Shown: positions 8,748 through 16,701, numbered from the stretch's first letter. The stretch is 44,750 nucleotides of DNA from Candidatus Pacearchaeota archaeon (GCA_018303785.1 JAGVXM010000035.1:1-44750), one strand, 5' to 3'. Notes: a model not told the origin generated them from the letters alone. Made by a program: numbers and translations.

Positions 8748-8755
8748 TTTTTAAG
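8748..8755 (-). promoter_or_regulatory. TATA box for the aIF2-beta gene; overlaps the stop codon of the upstream gene
   Basis: tttttaag (rc CTTAAAAA) is centred 25.5 nt upstream of the ATG at 8726. Confidence 0.45.
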
Positions 8756-9239
8756 CATTACTAGTAAAATAACGAGGAATTTTACCGTATTTAGGCATGT
8801 ACTTATAAAACTCAATTCGAGTTTCATGTTTCAATACAGGATCATCTTCGAAAACTTGTTCCAAAGTTTTAATGGAATATTTAAATCCGATATCTTTTTT
8901 TTGTATTAATAAAGGACTTTGGGATGTTGGAATATAAACAGAAGTATGCGCGATATCACTCCGTCCCTCTATAAAAGCAATAATCGTGCCATTACCCATT
9001 TGAGATCGAAAACAACCTTCGTACAAAAATTCCTCCATTATTTCAGGGTCTATATAACGGGGACGAGGAGATGGATCAATACCTAATGCAAATAAAGTAA
9101 ATCCATGACAATTAACTCCGTCTGCTTTTCGCTCTGTACTAAAAAATCGACGAATTCTACGATACGCATTCACATTACCGGTACTTCTCGCAACCGAACA
9201 AGCCAAATACTTAATAAGATGATTTTTCGTACTATCCAT
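8751..9239 (-). CDS. Hypothetical protein, possible papain-fold (NlpC/P60-like) Cys-His hydrolase
   Basis: 162 aa. NCHGFTLFALG (candidate nucleophile Cys) and DIAHTSVYI (candidate His) are in the order seen in NlpC/P60-type enzymes. Motif-level evidence only. TATA-like tattaaat at 9262-9269. Confidence 0.3.
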   Translation of the reverse strand: MDSTKNHLIKYLACSVARSTGNVNAYRRIRRFFSTERKADGVNCHGFTLFALGIDPSPRPRYIDPEIMEEFLYEGCFRSQMGNGTIIAFIEGRSDIAHTSVYIPTSQSPLLIQKKDIGFKYSIKTLEQVFEDDPVLKHETRIEFYKYMPKYGKIPRYFTSNA

Positions 9240-9356
9240 AGAAAAGCTAAAAACTAGTGATTATTAAATCTACCGACGACAAGATTTTACTTGAAAATGA
9301 AAACTAAAACAATTCAGGATCAACACCTTCAGTAAAATCAAAAAAACCTGGTGTTT

Positions 9357-9400
9357 TACCACACTCTAAAGGGTGTGGTTTGTTCGGGTTTTTTGGATGC
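9357..9400 (+). repeat. Hairpin element, copy A (8-bp stem, TAAA loop, conserved T-rich 3' flank)
   Basis: taccacactctaaagggtgtggtttgttcgggttttttggatgc matches 11657-11700 at 38 of 44 positions without gaps. Stem ccacactc/gggtgtgg includes one U-G pair. Confidence 0.75.
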
Positions 9401-9420
9401 TCCGAAATGAAAACTTAATG

Positions 9421-9908
9421 TTACGACCATATCATTTTATAAACAACAGATGGGATATCTTTGTATTTCGGATAACGCAAAATATTGTCCCATTCAGATA
9501 TAGCAGTCTTTCCAGAGGTTCTGCTCGGCGAATATTGATCCATCCAAGAAAATTTCACGACGTACAATTCTCTTTTCAAAACCAATTTTTCAAGTTCTTC
9601 GGCATTGAAGGATCTAATTTTTTGTACTGCTCTATCAATTTCATAAAGCTTAATCCCAAAAATCCAAGACCGAAAAAGTTTTCTCCGTATTCCATTTGGT
9701 CCTAATCAACGATCCAAGCTTTAGGATATTTTCTCAATTTTTCACAATTATAAGGCTTAGGATTGATGAGCGAAAATTTTAATTCAACAAATTTCCCTTC
9801 GTCAAAAAGATCCGGCCCCAGCCCAGAATTTAAAGAAACATTAAGTACATCAGATGCCCATGCATGATTTACCTTTGGCATTAAACTATTAAATTCTCGC
9901 GATTTCAT
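9421..9908 (-). pseudogene. PD-(D/E)xK-like small nuclease gene split by a 1-nt frame change (or unresolved indel) near 9702
   Basis: The 9702..9908 ORF (GPDLFDEGKFVELKF = D...ExK-like) ends at a TAG. An open 95-codon frame without a start codon continues in the -1 frame from about 9705 to the TAA at 9421-9423 (…GPNGIRRKLF…AEELEKLVLKRELYVVKFSWMDQ…YKMIWS). The junction gattagga would be restored by one extra T. The ATG overlaps the upstream gene stop (ATGA at 9905-9908). Confidence 0.5.
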
Positions 9909-10555
9909 CCCAAGTATCTTACTCGTCCAGGCTTCGGCTCATAAATGATGCCTTCCTCGAGTAGCTTTGTAATTTCTTGACTCACAGTCTGAGGTTTAAA
10001 ATCTTTGAATTTCATAATAATTTCCTCTTTGTCAATACCGTTATATTGCTCAGCCTCTTTAATAGTTTCGATAATCTCGTCACGAATAGCCCTAATTTCT
10101 TTTTTATCTTCAGGACGGACATTTTTTGGACCTAAAGAATCAATTTCAAGTTTTCGCACAAGCAGATATTTAGGATCTTGTTTTCGAACAATTTCTGGCA
10201 AGATATACATTTCCTGATTATAAGACCGTAATAAGCCAATGATAAGAATAGTATCTCCTTGAATAAGATTATTGAATTTCAAAAGATCGTCTCCAAAAAC
10301 TCGCGCCTTTATTTGACCGCTGCCATCATCTACAGTAATTGAAGCAAATCTCGCCTCGTTGTTTGATTCATATTTGTCGACTATATTAGCGATAATATTA
10401 ACACGAGATAATTTTTTATTTCCTAATTCAACGTATAATAAACGGGGGTTAGGATTTACCTCCTTCCCAATAACAGTCTCAAAAATTTTATTTCCCCGAA
10501 TTAATTCGCCAACTCGAATTTTATAAGCAGTTTCCCTCTTTTTTTGTTCTTGCAT
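9905..10555 (-). CDS. OB-fold nucleic-acid-binding protein with C-terminal winged helix (RPA2/RPA32-like single-strand-binding protein family)
   Basis: 216 aa. OB-fold core VNIIANIVDKYESNNEARFASITVDDGSGQIKARVFGDD. C-terminal wH TVSQEITKLLEEGIIYEPKPGRVRYL. Confidence 0.6.
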   Translation of the reverse strand: MQEQKKRETAYKIRVGELIRGNKIFETVIGKEVNPNPRLLYVELGNKKLSRVNIIANIVDKYESNNEARFASITVDDGSGQIKARVFGDDLLKFNNLIQGDTILIIGLLRSYNQEMYILPEIVRKQDPKYLLVRKLEIDSLGPKNVRPEDKKEIRAIRDEIIETIKEAEQYNGIDKEEIIMKFKDFKPQTVSQEITKLLEEGIIYEPKPGRVRYLG

Positions 10556-10576
10556 AATATAAAAATAAGAAAATAA

Positions 10577-10584
10577 TTTTTAAA
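10577..10584 (-). promoter_or_regulatory. TATA box for the RPA-like gene
   Basis: tttttaaa (rc TTTAAAAA) is centred 25.5 nt upstream of the ATG at 10555. Confidence 0.5.
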
Positions 10585-10622
10585 GATTTGTATTTACAAT
10601 CAATTACATCACATAACAAACC

Positions 10623-10630
10623 TTAAAAAT
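10623..10630 (+). promoter_or_regulatory. TATA box for 10651..11022
   Basis: TTAAAAAT is centred 24.5 nt upstream of the ATG at 10651. Confidence 0.45.
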
Positions 10631-10650
10631 TATTCTATACTTAAAACAAT

Positions 10651-11022
10651 ATGAAACTTATCCGAGCCATTACATGGGGAATAGCTCTTGCAATCCTCAT
10701 TTTTTTTGAAACATCCATTTTATTATTTGGCTTTAAGCTAAACCCAGAAAACTACGTCTATTATATCATTCATATTCCGCTGTTAATAATATTTACACTT
10801 TTATGTAGCCTCAGTTATTTTTGGAAAAAGGAGATAAAAGGCAGTCTACTTCACGGATTTTTAGTCGGGATCATATTTGTGCTTATAACAATACTTATAA
10901 ATGCAATAATCACCATTCCTTTATTCATTAAAGATTATGCTTTTCTACTAAGAACCGATATCATATTGGGAGAATTACTGATAGTATTCTTAACAACTCT
11001 CGTTGGATGGGCTAAAAGATAA
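10651..11022 (+). CDS. Integral membrane protein (about 4 TM), hypothetical
   Basis: 123 aa with four hydrophobic segments. Good TATA spacing. TAA stop. Confidence 0.6.
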   Translation: MKLIRAITWGIALAILIFFETSILLFGFKLNPENYVYYIIHIPLLIIFTLLCSLSYFWKKEIKGSLLHGFLVGIIFVLITILINAIITIPLFIKDYAFLLRTDIILGELLIVFLTTLVGWAKR

Positions 11023-11052
11023 TTTTAAAAAACCAAAGGTAATATTCTCATA

Positions 11053-11350
11053 ATGCCTCGACAACTTTCCTATGAAGAAAAAGAAATAATGGAAGAGAGA
11101 GGTTCTTATTTATCGAGAACTAATTCCAAAAATTTTTAAAAGTACTTTATTTTCCTCCTATTATATTATACCAATAAAAAAAGACGAAAGCTATCACTAT
11201 GCCGTTCAACCTTCAGTAAAAGAACATACAGAAATACCAGAAGACCTTATTCGAATACTAGAAAACTTTGAAGATTATAAGCTTACAAATATTATTTCTA
11301 ATTATAACGAAATGAGTTATAAAAAAGTACGTCAGTGTTATCATGAATAA
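11053..11350 (+). pseudogene. Hypothetical gene with a +1 frame disruption
   Basis: The ATG at 11053 gives MPRQLSYEEKEIMEERGSYLSRTNSKNF and stops at 11137-11139. An overlapping start-less 86-codon frame (WKREVLIYRELIPKIFKST…NEMSYKKVRQCYHE) runs to the TAA at 11348-11350. That stop overlaps the ATG of the next gene. A5 and T5 runs lie in the overlap window. Confidence 0.4.
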
Positions 11351-11636
11351 TCCTCATCTCGAAGATTTACTCATGGCTCGCGATGTAGCAGGAGCATCTC
11401 AAACAGTATGTGCGGCATTCACGCCATTCGTTCTAACAATGAATCCTCCTCCATTTATTATCCTCTATGGCCTATTTTTAAATATCGGCACATCAGTCCT
11501 GAAAGGAATAGGATCTAAATTAATAAAAACAGAATTGAAAAAAACAGAAGAAAGAGTAAAAGCATTTGAATTTCTCCATCAATCCGCGAGAGAAGCAGAT
11601 GCAGTTTTAGAAATTTATAAAGATTATTTTCAATAA
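11343..11636 (+). CDS. Hypothetical protein
   Basis: 97-aa ORF. Its start overlaps the end of the preceding (disrupted) gene, and hairpin element B follows 20 nt downstream. Confidence 0.5.
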   Translation: MNNPHLEDLLMARDVAGASQTVCAAFTPFVLTMNPPPFIILYGLFLNIGTSVLKGIGSKLIKTELKKTEERVKAFEFLHQSAREADAVLEIYKDYFQ

Positions 11637-11656
11637 AATCAAGAAAACCTTGTGTG

Positions 11657-11700
11657 TACCACACACTAAAGTGTGTGGTTTGTTTTAGTTTTCTGGATGC
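11657..11700 (+). repeat. Hairpin element, copy B
   Basis: taccacacactaaagtgtgtggtttgttttagttttctggatgc. Stem ccacacac/gtgtgtgg. The two stem differences from copy A (t->a and g->t) convert a U-G pair into an A-U pair. Confidence 0.75.
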
Positions 11701-11803
11701 AAGAAAATTCTTTCTTAATGCGGAATTTTCTGCACAGAAAATGCATCGCATTTTCTTGTGATCCAAAATCTAAAACCTTAAAGCTAGAATGTGGTTTTAG
11801 ATT
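11700..11803 (+). other. Two further strong hairpins downstream of element B (possible 3'UTR structure, terminator array or small RNA)
   Basis: First hairpin: outer 9-bp stem caagaaaat (11700-11708) / attttcttg (11750-11758) enclosing an inner 8-bp stem attttctg (11725-11732) / cagaaaat (11735-11742). Second hairpin: 11-bp perfect stem aatctaaaacc (11767-11777) / ggttttagatt (11793-11803). Confidence 0.5.
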
Positions 11804-11846
11804 TATGGACATAAATATTTTATAATCCAAAATACATTTGCTAAAT

Positions 11847-12221
11847 ATGAAAAAAACTATTTATTTTGGTAAAGCCAAGGATTTCTGGTGGCCGACAAGA
11901 TTTAGAGATTTTTTTGATAATGCAAAAAATATAGAAAACATACTGCCAGAGCAGTGGGGTGGTAAAATACTAAAAAAACCAGAGCCTCCATTTATCTATT
12001 ATGATTTGAATCATAATGTGACTATACTCTATGATACAGAACAAACATTTTATCCAGAACAGTATACACTGCATACTGGATCGCCCGGATTGTTAAGAGC
12101 AAAAGTGATCTTGTATGGAAAAGAAGAACGTGATATTGAAAATCTAGAATGGCTGGTTAAAAAAGAAGCAAAAAAATATGAAGGAGTTGATGACGTCCCT
12201 CCAAAAAGAAAGATCAGCTAA
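11847..12221 (+). CDS. Hypothetical protein
   Basis: ORF-track entry 11838..12221 starts at a TTG. The ATG at 11847 (MKKTIYFGK...) sits about 25 nt downstream of a TATA-like ttttataa. No recognisable motifs. Confidence 0.5.
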   Translation: MKKTIYFGKAKDFWWPTRFRDFFDNAKNIENILPEQWGGKILKKPEPPFIYYDLNHNVTILYDTEQTFYPEQYTLHTGSPGLLRAKVILYGKEERDIENLEWLVKKEAKKYEGVDDVPPKRKIS

Positions 12222-12549
12222 TCTTCCAGCCTAATTCAGCAACGCCATCTGCCTGAAGTAATTTGACTTCGCTATGATCTTCGTTCACTGCAGCTAATAA
12301 CATGCCATGACTCTGTATTCCCTTAATCATCTTAGGTTCTAAATTTGCAAAAATAATACATTTTTTTCCTTCTAATTCGTCGCGCGTATAATATTGTTTT
12401 AATCCCGCAACTAATATTCGAGTCTCTGTCCCAATATCAATTTTCAATTTATACAGCTTATCCGCTCCCTTGACTTCCTCGACTTCTAAAATCTCGCCAG
12501 TTCTCAAGTCAAGCTTCTGCCAATCATTAAATGATACAACGTTCTCCAT
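12214..12549 (-). CDS. tRNA-binding domain protein (Trbp111/CsaA-like, MetRS C-terminal-like OB fold)
   Basis: 111 aa. FNDWQKLDLRTGEILEVEEVKGADKLYKLKIDIG...ILVAGLKQYY...GKKCIIFANLEPKMIKGIQSHGMLLAA matches the Trbp111/CsaA pattern. Confidence 0.85.
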   Translation of the reverse strand: MENVVSFNDWQKLDLRTGEILEVEEVKGADKLYKLKIDIGTETRILVAGLKQYYTRDELEGKKCIIFANLEPKMIKGIQSHGMLLAAVNEDHSEVKLLQADGVAELGWKIS

Positions 12550-12570
12550 GATGATATTTTTGAAAGATTA

Positions 12571-12578
12571 TTTATATA
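12571..12578 (-). promoter_or_regulatory. TATA box for the tRNA-binding protein gene
   Basis: tttatata (rc TATATAAA) is centred 25.5 nt upstream of the ATG at 12549. Confidence 0.45.
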
Positions 12579-12591
12579 CCTTTTGATGTGA

Positions 12592-13365
12592 TCACTTCAA
12601 TCCTATTACGCGAAAAAATCCCCCAAAAATGCCAGAAGTAGGATATTCCACATCAATATCTTCTCCTAAAATTCTTTTAGAAGTCATTAAATAATGGCGA
12701 GCAGCCTTTGAACGAGGATGTGTATGAACAACAGCATTTTTGATAATCTGCGACATTTTTACGCAATCATCTTCAGGAATAATTCCCAAAATTGGAACCT
12801 CCAGCATATATTTGATGTTAGTCATTGACATTTCTAATTTCGTGCCTCGATAACGAGTAATAATAACTCCCTTAACAAATTTATTATATTCTTCAGCAAG
12901 TTTAATTGTTTTCAAAGCATCAGTCACAGCAGACATCTCTGCATTCGTGACAATAATAATTTCATCAGCAGAAATAATAGAAACACGTGCTTCTTCACCT
13001 AATCCTGCCGCAGAATCAATTAAAACGTGATCAGTAAATTTTTTCAACCGACGAACAATTTCCGGAATTTTTTTATAATCTATTCTTTCTATTTCTTTCA
13101 AAGACAATGATGCAGGGATAACTTTAGTCCCGGATTCATGTTCATAAATTGCGTCTTCTATTTTTGCCTGATTATTCAAGACATGATTGAGAGTTATAGG
13201 AACAATCGGGGCACCTAAATGTATACCAACATTTGGAGTCGTCAAATTTCCATCAACAATAATAACGTCTTCACCTAATTTGTTGAATGAAGCACCTACA
13301 TTGATAGTAGTGGTCGTTTTACCAACGCCTCCTTTTCCCGAAATAATTGCATATATTTTTGACAT
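12592..13365 (-). CDS. minD: MinD/ParA-family P-loop ATPase
   Basis: 257 aa. Deviant Walker A SGKGGVGKTT. Walker B-like VLIDSAAG. MinD-like length and layout. Confidence 0.85.
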   Translation of the reverse strand: MSKIYAIISGKGGVGKTTTTINVGASFNKLGEDVIIVDGNLTTPNVGIHLGAPIVPITLNHVLNNQAKIEDAIYEHESGTKVIPASLSLKEIERIDYKKIPEIVRRLKKFTDHVLIDSAAGLGEEARVSIISADEIIIVTNAEMSAVTDALKTIKLAEEYNKFVKGVIITRYRGTKLEMSMTNIKYMLEVPILGIIPEDDCVKMSQIIKNAVVHTHPRSKAARHYLMTSKRILGEDIDVEYPTSGIFGGFFRVIGLK

Positions 13366-13492
13366 TTTGAAAATTTTTTGTTTTTTTTATTTTCAACAAT
13401 CCTCAAAAACCGAAGTTTTTGACATGTTAAAAATTATCTCGATCTTTTTTAATTTTTAAGATGCTCAAATAATAATTTTTTATTTTTGACAT
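13356..13492 (-). repeat. Three copies of TTTTTGACAT (rc ATGTCAAAAA, the first codons of minD) at 13356, 13416 and 13483
   Basis: Exact 10-mers at 13356-13365 (the real minD start), 13416-13425 and 13483-13492. Copies 1 and 2 share an extended match of about 20 nt (tttttgacatNttNaaaatt). Spacing is 60 and 67 nt. Confidence 0.6.
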
Positions 13493-13585
13493 TTTTTTCT
13501 TTGAATATATTTAAACTCCAAGATGGATGATAAGGTTAAAACCTTACTAATTTAATAATCATACCAGTAATGACTCAGAAATCCA

Positions 13586-14041
13586 TTACTTGGATTGGAC
13601 ATAAAGCTTGATAAAATTTATAAATCTTTCGAGCACTTCAGAGTACTCTTTTAATTTATCCAGATTAATAGGCACTTCTTTTCCTTTGTAGGTAACTCTA
13701 AGACAAACTCCTTTTCGAAACTCATTTTCTCTCGTTTTTTGCAGTATATCGATAAGTTTAAACATCTCATATTCATTGAGCGCATCAATAACCTCAGGAT
13801 TGTTTGCAAATACAATACGAATGAGATCTAATTTTAATTTAGGGGCCGTAGGAATTTTTTTGATCGCTTTTTTTCGTTTAGCAGTTTCTAAGAGTCCATC
13901 AAACGCATAATCCATCATAATCTTCCATCGTTTGACTAAATTAACCATAACATCGCATGTTTTGGTATATTTCATACTGACATAAAAAAGATGGTCCGCG
14001 CTAATTTTTTCTTTTATTATTTTTTCCAATATTTCAGGCAT
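13586..14041 (-). CDS. Hypothetical helical protein
   Basis: 151-aa ORF with no recognisable motif and no good TATA. Possibly co-transcribed with the upstream genes. Confidence 0.5.
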   Translation of the reverse strand: MPEILEKIIKEKISADHLFYVSMKYTKTCDVMVNLVKRWKIMMDYAFDGLLETAKRKKAIKKIPTAPKLKLDLIRIVFANNPEVIDALNEYEMFKLIDILQKTRENEFRKGVCLRVTYKGKEVPINLDKLKEYSEVLERFINFIKLYVQSK

Positions 14042-14143
14042 TCTAAAACCCCTCTTTATGCTAGAAATCTCCAGAAATAAACCCAGAGAAGTAATAATAG
14101 CAAGGAAGTCGATGTATATAAAGGTTTTTGTAAAAAAAGTTGT

Positions 14144-14824
14144 TTACTTATTCTCAAGTATCTTATTCGCATCAAAATCACGGGCATTGCCGTTGATTCG
14201 CAAATAATTCTTATTAATTTCTAAATCCCCGACAAAATCATTTACATAAAATTCCTCTTCCACAAGATTTATAAGAAATTTACCATCATTTATTTTCAAA
14301 ATACCCGTCGCCGAATACGATAAAGTATTCAAATGAATTTCCCTCATTTCAATATAATTATAATCTAACCGGTCAAATGAAACTTTTGTCGTACCTTTTT
14401 TTTCTTTGATGGGAGTACCATCCAAAAAAACCTGATCAGCAGTTCCATGAAGATTAGATATTACATTCGCTTCAATAGTAAACTTCCCTTCATAATTTTC
14501 AATTACAAAACTAGAACTTTTATTCAAATGAATTTCCTGGTTGCCAATAGTAATTAATACCGGACCCTTTATCTTTATTCCTAACGTTTTCATGCCTGAA
14601 TTAATAGGAAGACTTGCAGGAATATTGAGATCTCCGTTAACAATGATTTCGCCGACAGTTTTATTTGTCTTAATAACATTTCCCGTCAAAGGGATATTCA
14701 TGCCTTCTTCATAAAAAGTTGTAAAAAAAATAAACATGAAAATTCCTACAAATACGAAAAATAAAATTAGCCAAAAATGGCTTTTTTTTTCCGTAGGTTC
14801 TTCAATTATTTCTGGTCTAGCCAT
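14144..14824 (-). CDS. Membrane-anchored beta-rich protein, hypothetical
   Basis: 226 aa with a single N-terminal TM (HFWLILFFVFVGIFMFIFFTTF). The ATG overlaps the upstream gene's TAG stop by 8 nt. Confidence 0.5.
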   Translation of the reverse strand: MARPEIIEEPTEKKSHFWLILFFVFVGIFMFIFFTTFYEEGMNIPLTGNVIKTNKTVGEIIVNGDLNIPASLPINSGMKTLGIKIKGPVLITIGNQEIHLNKSSSFVIENYEGKFTIEANVISNLHGTADQVFLDGTPIKEKKGTTKVSFDRLDYNYIEMREIHLNTLSYSATGILKINDGKFLINLVEEEFYVNDFVGDLEINKNYLRINGNARDFDANKILENK

Positions 14825-15278
14825 TGTTTTTCCTAAACTTTATCATTTTTTTTTGAATAAATCTAGTAAAACTATACGGATCATCAATATTCTTAATGCA
14901 TGTAACATTCTCTTTTGAAAACGAGTGAACTTCCACATTTCCATACGAGAAAAGACGTTGCCATAACGTCTGCCTAACTTCAGAATCACTCACCGCAGTA
15001 AATTCAAGACGTTTTGAAGTAATATTAATAATTCCTTTTCTATAGATAATAGAATGATTGTTAACCTCATAAGATTCAAGTATCCTGTGAATTTCTGTCA
15101 CTACAACAACAAACACAGAGAAAGACAACGACAAAATTATCGCAAGCTGATTAATAGGTTTTTCAATAAGCTTTGCATAAATAATTGTCGCCAATAAAAG
15201 AAAAATCATAAAATAAAAAGGAATGTAAACTTTTCGTGAATTACTTACTTTTAAAATTTCACTCTCCTCTTTTTCCAT
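14817..15278 (-). CDS. Membrane protein with bacterial PH domain (bPH_2 / YdbS-YdbT-like)
   Basis: 153 aa. Two TM segments followed by YRKGIINITSKRLEFTAVSDSEVRQTLWQRLFSYGNVEVHS, which is typical of bPH_2 (formerly DUF304). TAG stop. Confidence 0.7.
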   Translation of the reverse strand: MEKEESEILKVSNSRKVYIPFYFMIFLLLATIIYAKLIEKPINQLAIILSLSFSVFVVVVTEIHRILESYEVNNHSIIYRKGIINITSKRLEFTAVSDSEVRQTLWQRLFSYGNVEVHSFSKENVTCIKNIDDPYSFTRFIQKKMIKFRKNNG

Positions 15279-15299
15279 GACATTATAAGAATCGTCTTT

Positions 15300-15307
15300 T
15301 TTATAAA
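15300..15307 (-). promoter_or_regulatory. TATA box for 14817..15278
   Basis: TTTATAAA is centred 25.5 nt upstream of the ATG at 15278. Confidence 0.5.
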
Positions 15308-15335
15308 TATTTAGTTTAACCGCAAACCAGAAGGA

Positions 15336-15343
15336 TTTTAAAT
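15336..15343 (+). promoter_or_regulatory. TATA box for 15364..16701
   Basis: TTTTAAAT is centred 24.5 nt upstream of the ATG at 15364. Confidence 0.5.
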
Positions 15344-15363
15344 GTGCTTAGTCTTATGGATAG

Positions 15364-16701
15364 ATGAAAAAGATTTTTTCTTTTAGTGCACTCGCTATCA
15401 TAATGATCCTGGGTGTTTGGATTATTTTTGCAGATGATGCAATGCAATCATCGCCAAGTTCTTCAGGTTCAAGCGGATCATCAAGTTCATCTGCTTCATC
15501 TTCATCATCACAATCTTCATCTACAACGTCAAAAAGCTCATCAACCCAAACTAATTCAGCAGGACAAGAATCAGAATCAAATTCAGGAACGTCAGAAAAA
15601 AGTGGAACACAAAGTGAAGCGGAAACTAAATCGGAAACTGAAGTAAAAAAAGAAGGAAAAGAATCAAAAAAAGAAACAGAAGTTATCGAAGAAATAAATG
15701 GCAAAAAAATGAAAACGAAAACGAAAATTGAAAATGGAAAAACAGAATTTGTTGAAAAAACAGTGTATATAGATGAGTCGGGAAATAAAGTTACAATTAA
15801 GACAATGAAAGTTATTTCTGAAGGGCAAGAATTGACGCGTTCAACATTAAAAGTAAAAGGTGTTGAAATAAATACCAAATTGTCAGTAACTGAAAAAATT
15901 AATCAGAATGGCGACGTTTCTATAAAAGCGCGATTGTCCACGGGAGAAGAACAGGATATTACAGTCATGCCTGATGAAGCGCTACAGAAAGCTATTGAAG
16001 AATTGCAGACAACTGAGGGTTTTTCCATTGAATTAAAAGAAATTCAGGAGGGAGAAAGATTGAATACCGTTTTTAAAGCAACAGCAAAAAAAACAGGAAA
16101 GATTTTAGGGGTATTTAATACAGCAATTAATCTTGAAACACTTATTAATACCCAGACAGGAGAAATTGTTAAAACAGCAAAACCATGGTGGGCATTCTTA
16201 ATTATTGATCAGGATACTTCTGAAATTTGTCATAATCAAGAAAATAAATTAACAAACATGGTCGTTAAAATTACAGAGGTTAAAGCTCACATTGAACACG
16301 GAGACAGCATTGGTGAATGTCCAGAAACATGTGGTGATGGATTGAAAACTGATGCAGAAGAGTGCGACGACGAAAATACCCTAAACGGCGACGGATGCTC
16401 GAATTTTTGTAAAATTGAAAATCCATGCAAATGTAAAGATACTATATGCTCCTTAAACGAAGATATCTATTTTCAAACTTCAGAAATCGGGGAAACATCA
16501 TGTGAATGTTTTAGCGAACCACGGGATGATTGGACTAAAGTGATGGGATGTTTTTCTGATCCGTGTGCCTGTGCAAATACGCAATGCCCAAGCGGTGAAC
16601 AGATTTATTCTAAAGTTGAAGTCGATGAAGTCTTGTGCGAATGCTTCTCAGAACCAAAGCCAGAATGGGTAAGAATAACTTCAGATAATTGTCCAGTATA
16701 A
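15364..16701 (+). CDS. Secreted protein with a Ser-rich low-complexity linker and C-terminal cysteine-rich repeats
   Basis: 445 aa. Signal-like N-terminus. SSPSSSGSSGSSSSSASSSSSQSSSTTSKSSS tract. CGDGLKTDAEECDDENTLNGDGCSNFC matches the CGDG..EECDDGN..GDGCS..C 'Myxococcus cysteine-rich repeat' pattern. Two tandem modules of about 40 aa each end in CECFSEP. Confidence 0.7.
   Translation: MKKIFSFSALAIIMILGVWIIFADDAMQSSPSSSGSSGSSSSSASSSSSQSSSTTSKSSSTQTNSAGQESESNSGTSEKSGTQSEAETKSETEVKKEGKESKKETEVIEEINGKKMKTKTKIENGKTEFVEKTVYIDESGNKVTIKTMKVISEGQELTRSTLKVKGVEINTKLSVTEKINQNGDVSIKARLSTGEEQDITVMPDEALQKAIEELQTTEGFSIELKEIQEGERLNTVFKATAKKTGKILGVFNTAINLETLINTQTGEIVKTAKPWWAFLIIDQDTSEICHNQENKLTNMVVKITEVKAHIEHGDSIGECPETCGDGLKTDAEECDDENTLNGDGCSNFCKIENPCKCKDTICSLNEDIYFQTSEIGETSCECFSEPRDDWTKVMGCFSDPCACANTQCPSGEQIYSKVEVDEVLCECFSEPKPEWVRITSDNCPV

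Noticed and set aside
9373-9705. 110-aa plus-strand ORF
   Set aside because: The opposite strand carries a continuous 95-codon frame with protein-like sequence that continues the 9702..9908 gene. The plus-strand ORF starts inside hairpin element A and has no promoter.
11515-11766. 83-aa minus-strand ORF
   Set aside because: It overlaps the 3' end of 11343..11636 and runs through the hairpin cluster. Its composition is consistent with a chance ORF.
12547-12595. Possible C/D-box sRNA (ATGATGA at 12548 and TGATGTGA at 12583)
   Set aside because: There are no CUGA D or D' boxes at the required spacing. The first motif is simply the start codon context of the tRNA-binding protein gene, and the TATA box lies between the two motifs.
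15354-15878. 174-aa minus-strand ORF and 77-aa plus-strand ORF overlapping the start of 15364..16701
   Set aside because: These are shadow ORFs created by the Ser/Glu-rich low-complexity coding region of the plus-strand gene. That gene has the signal peptide, the TATA box and the conserved Cys repeats.
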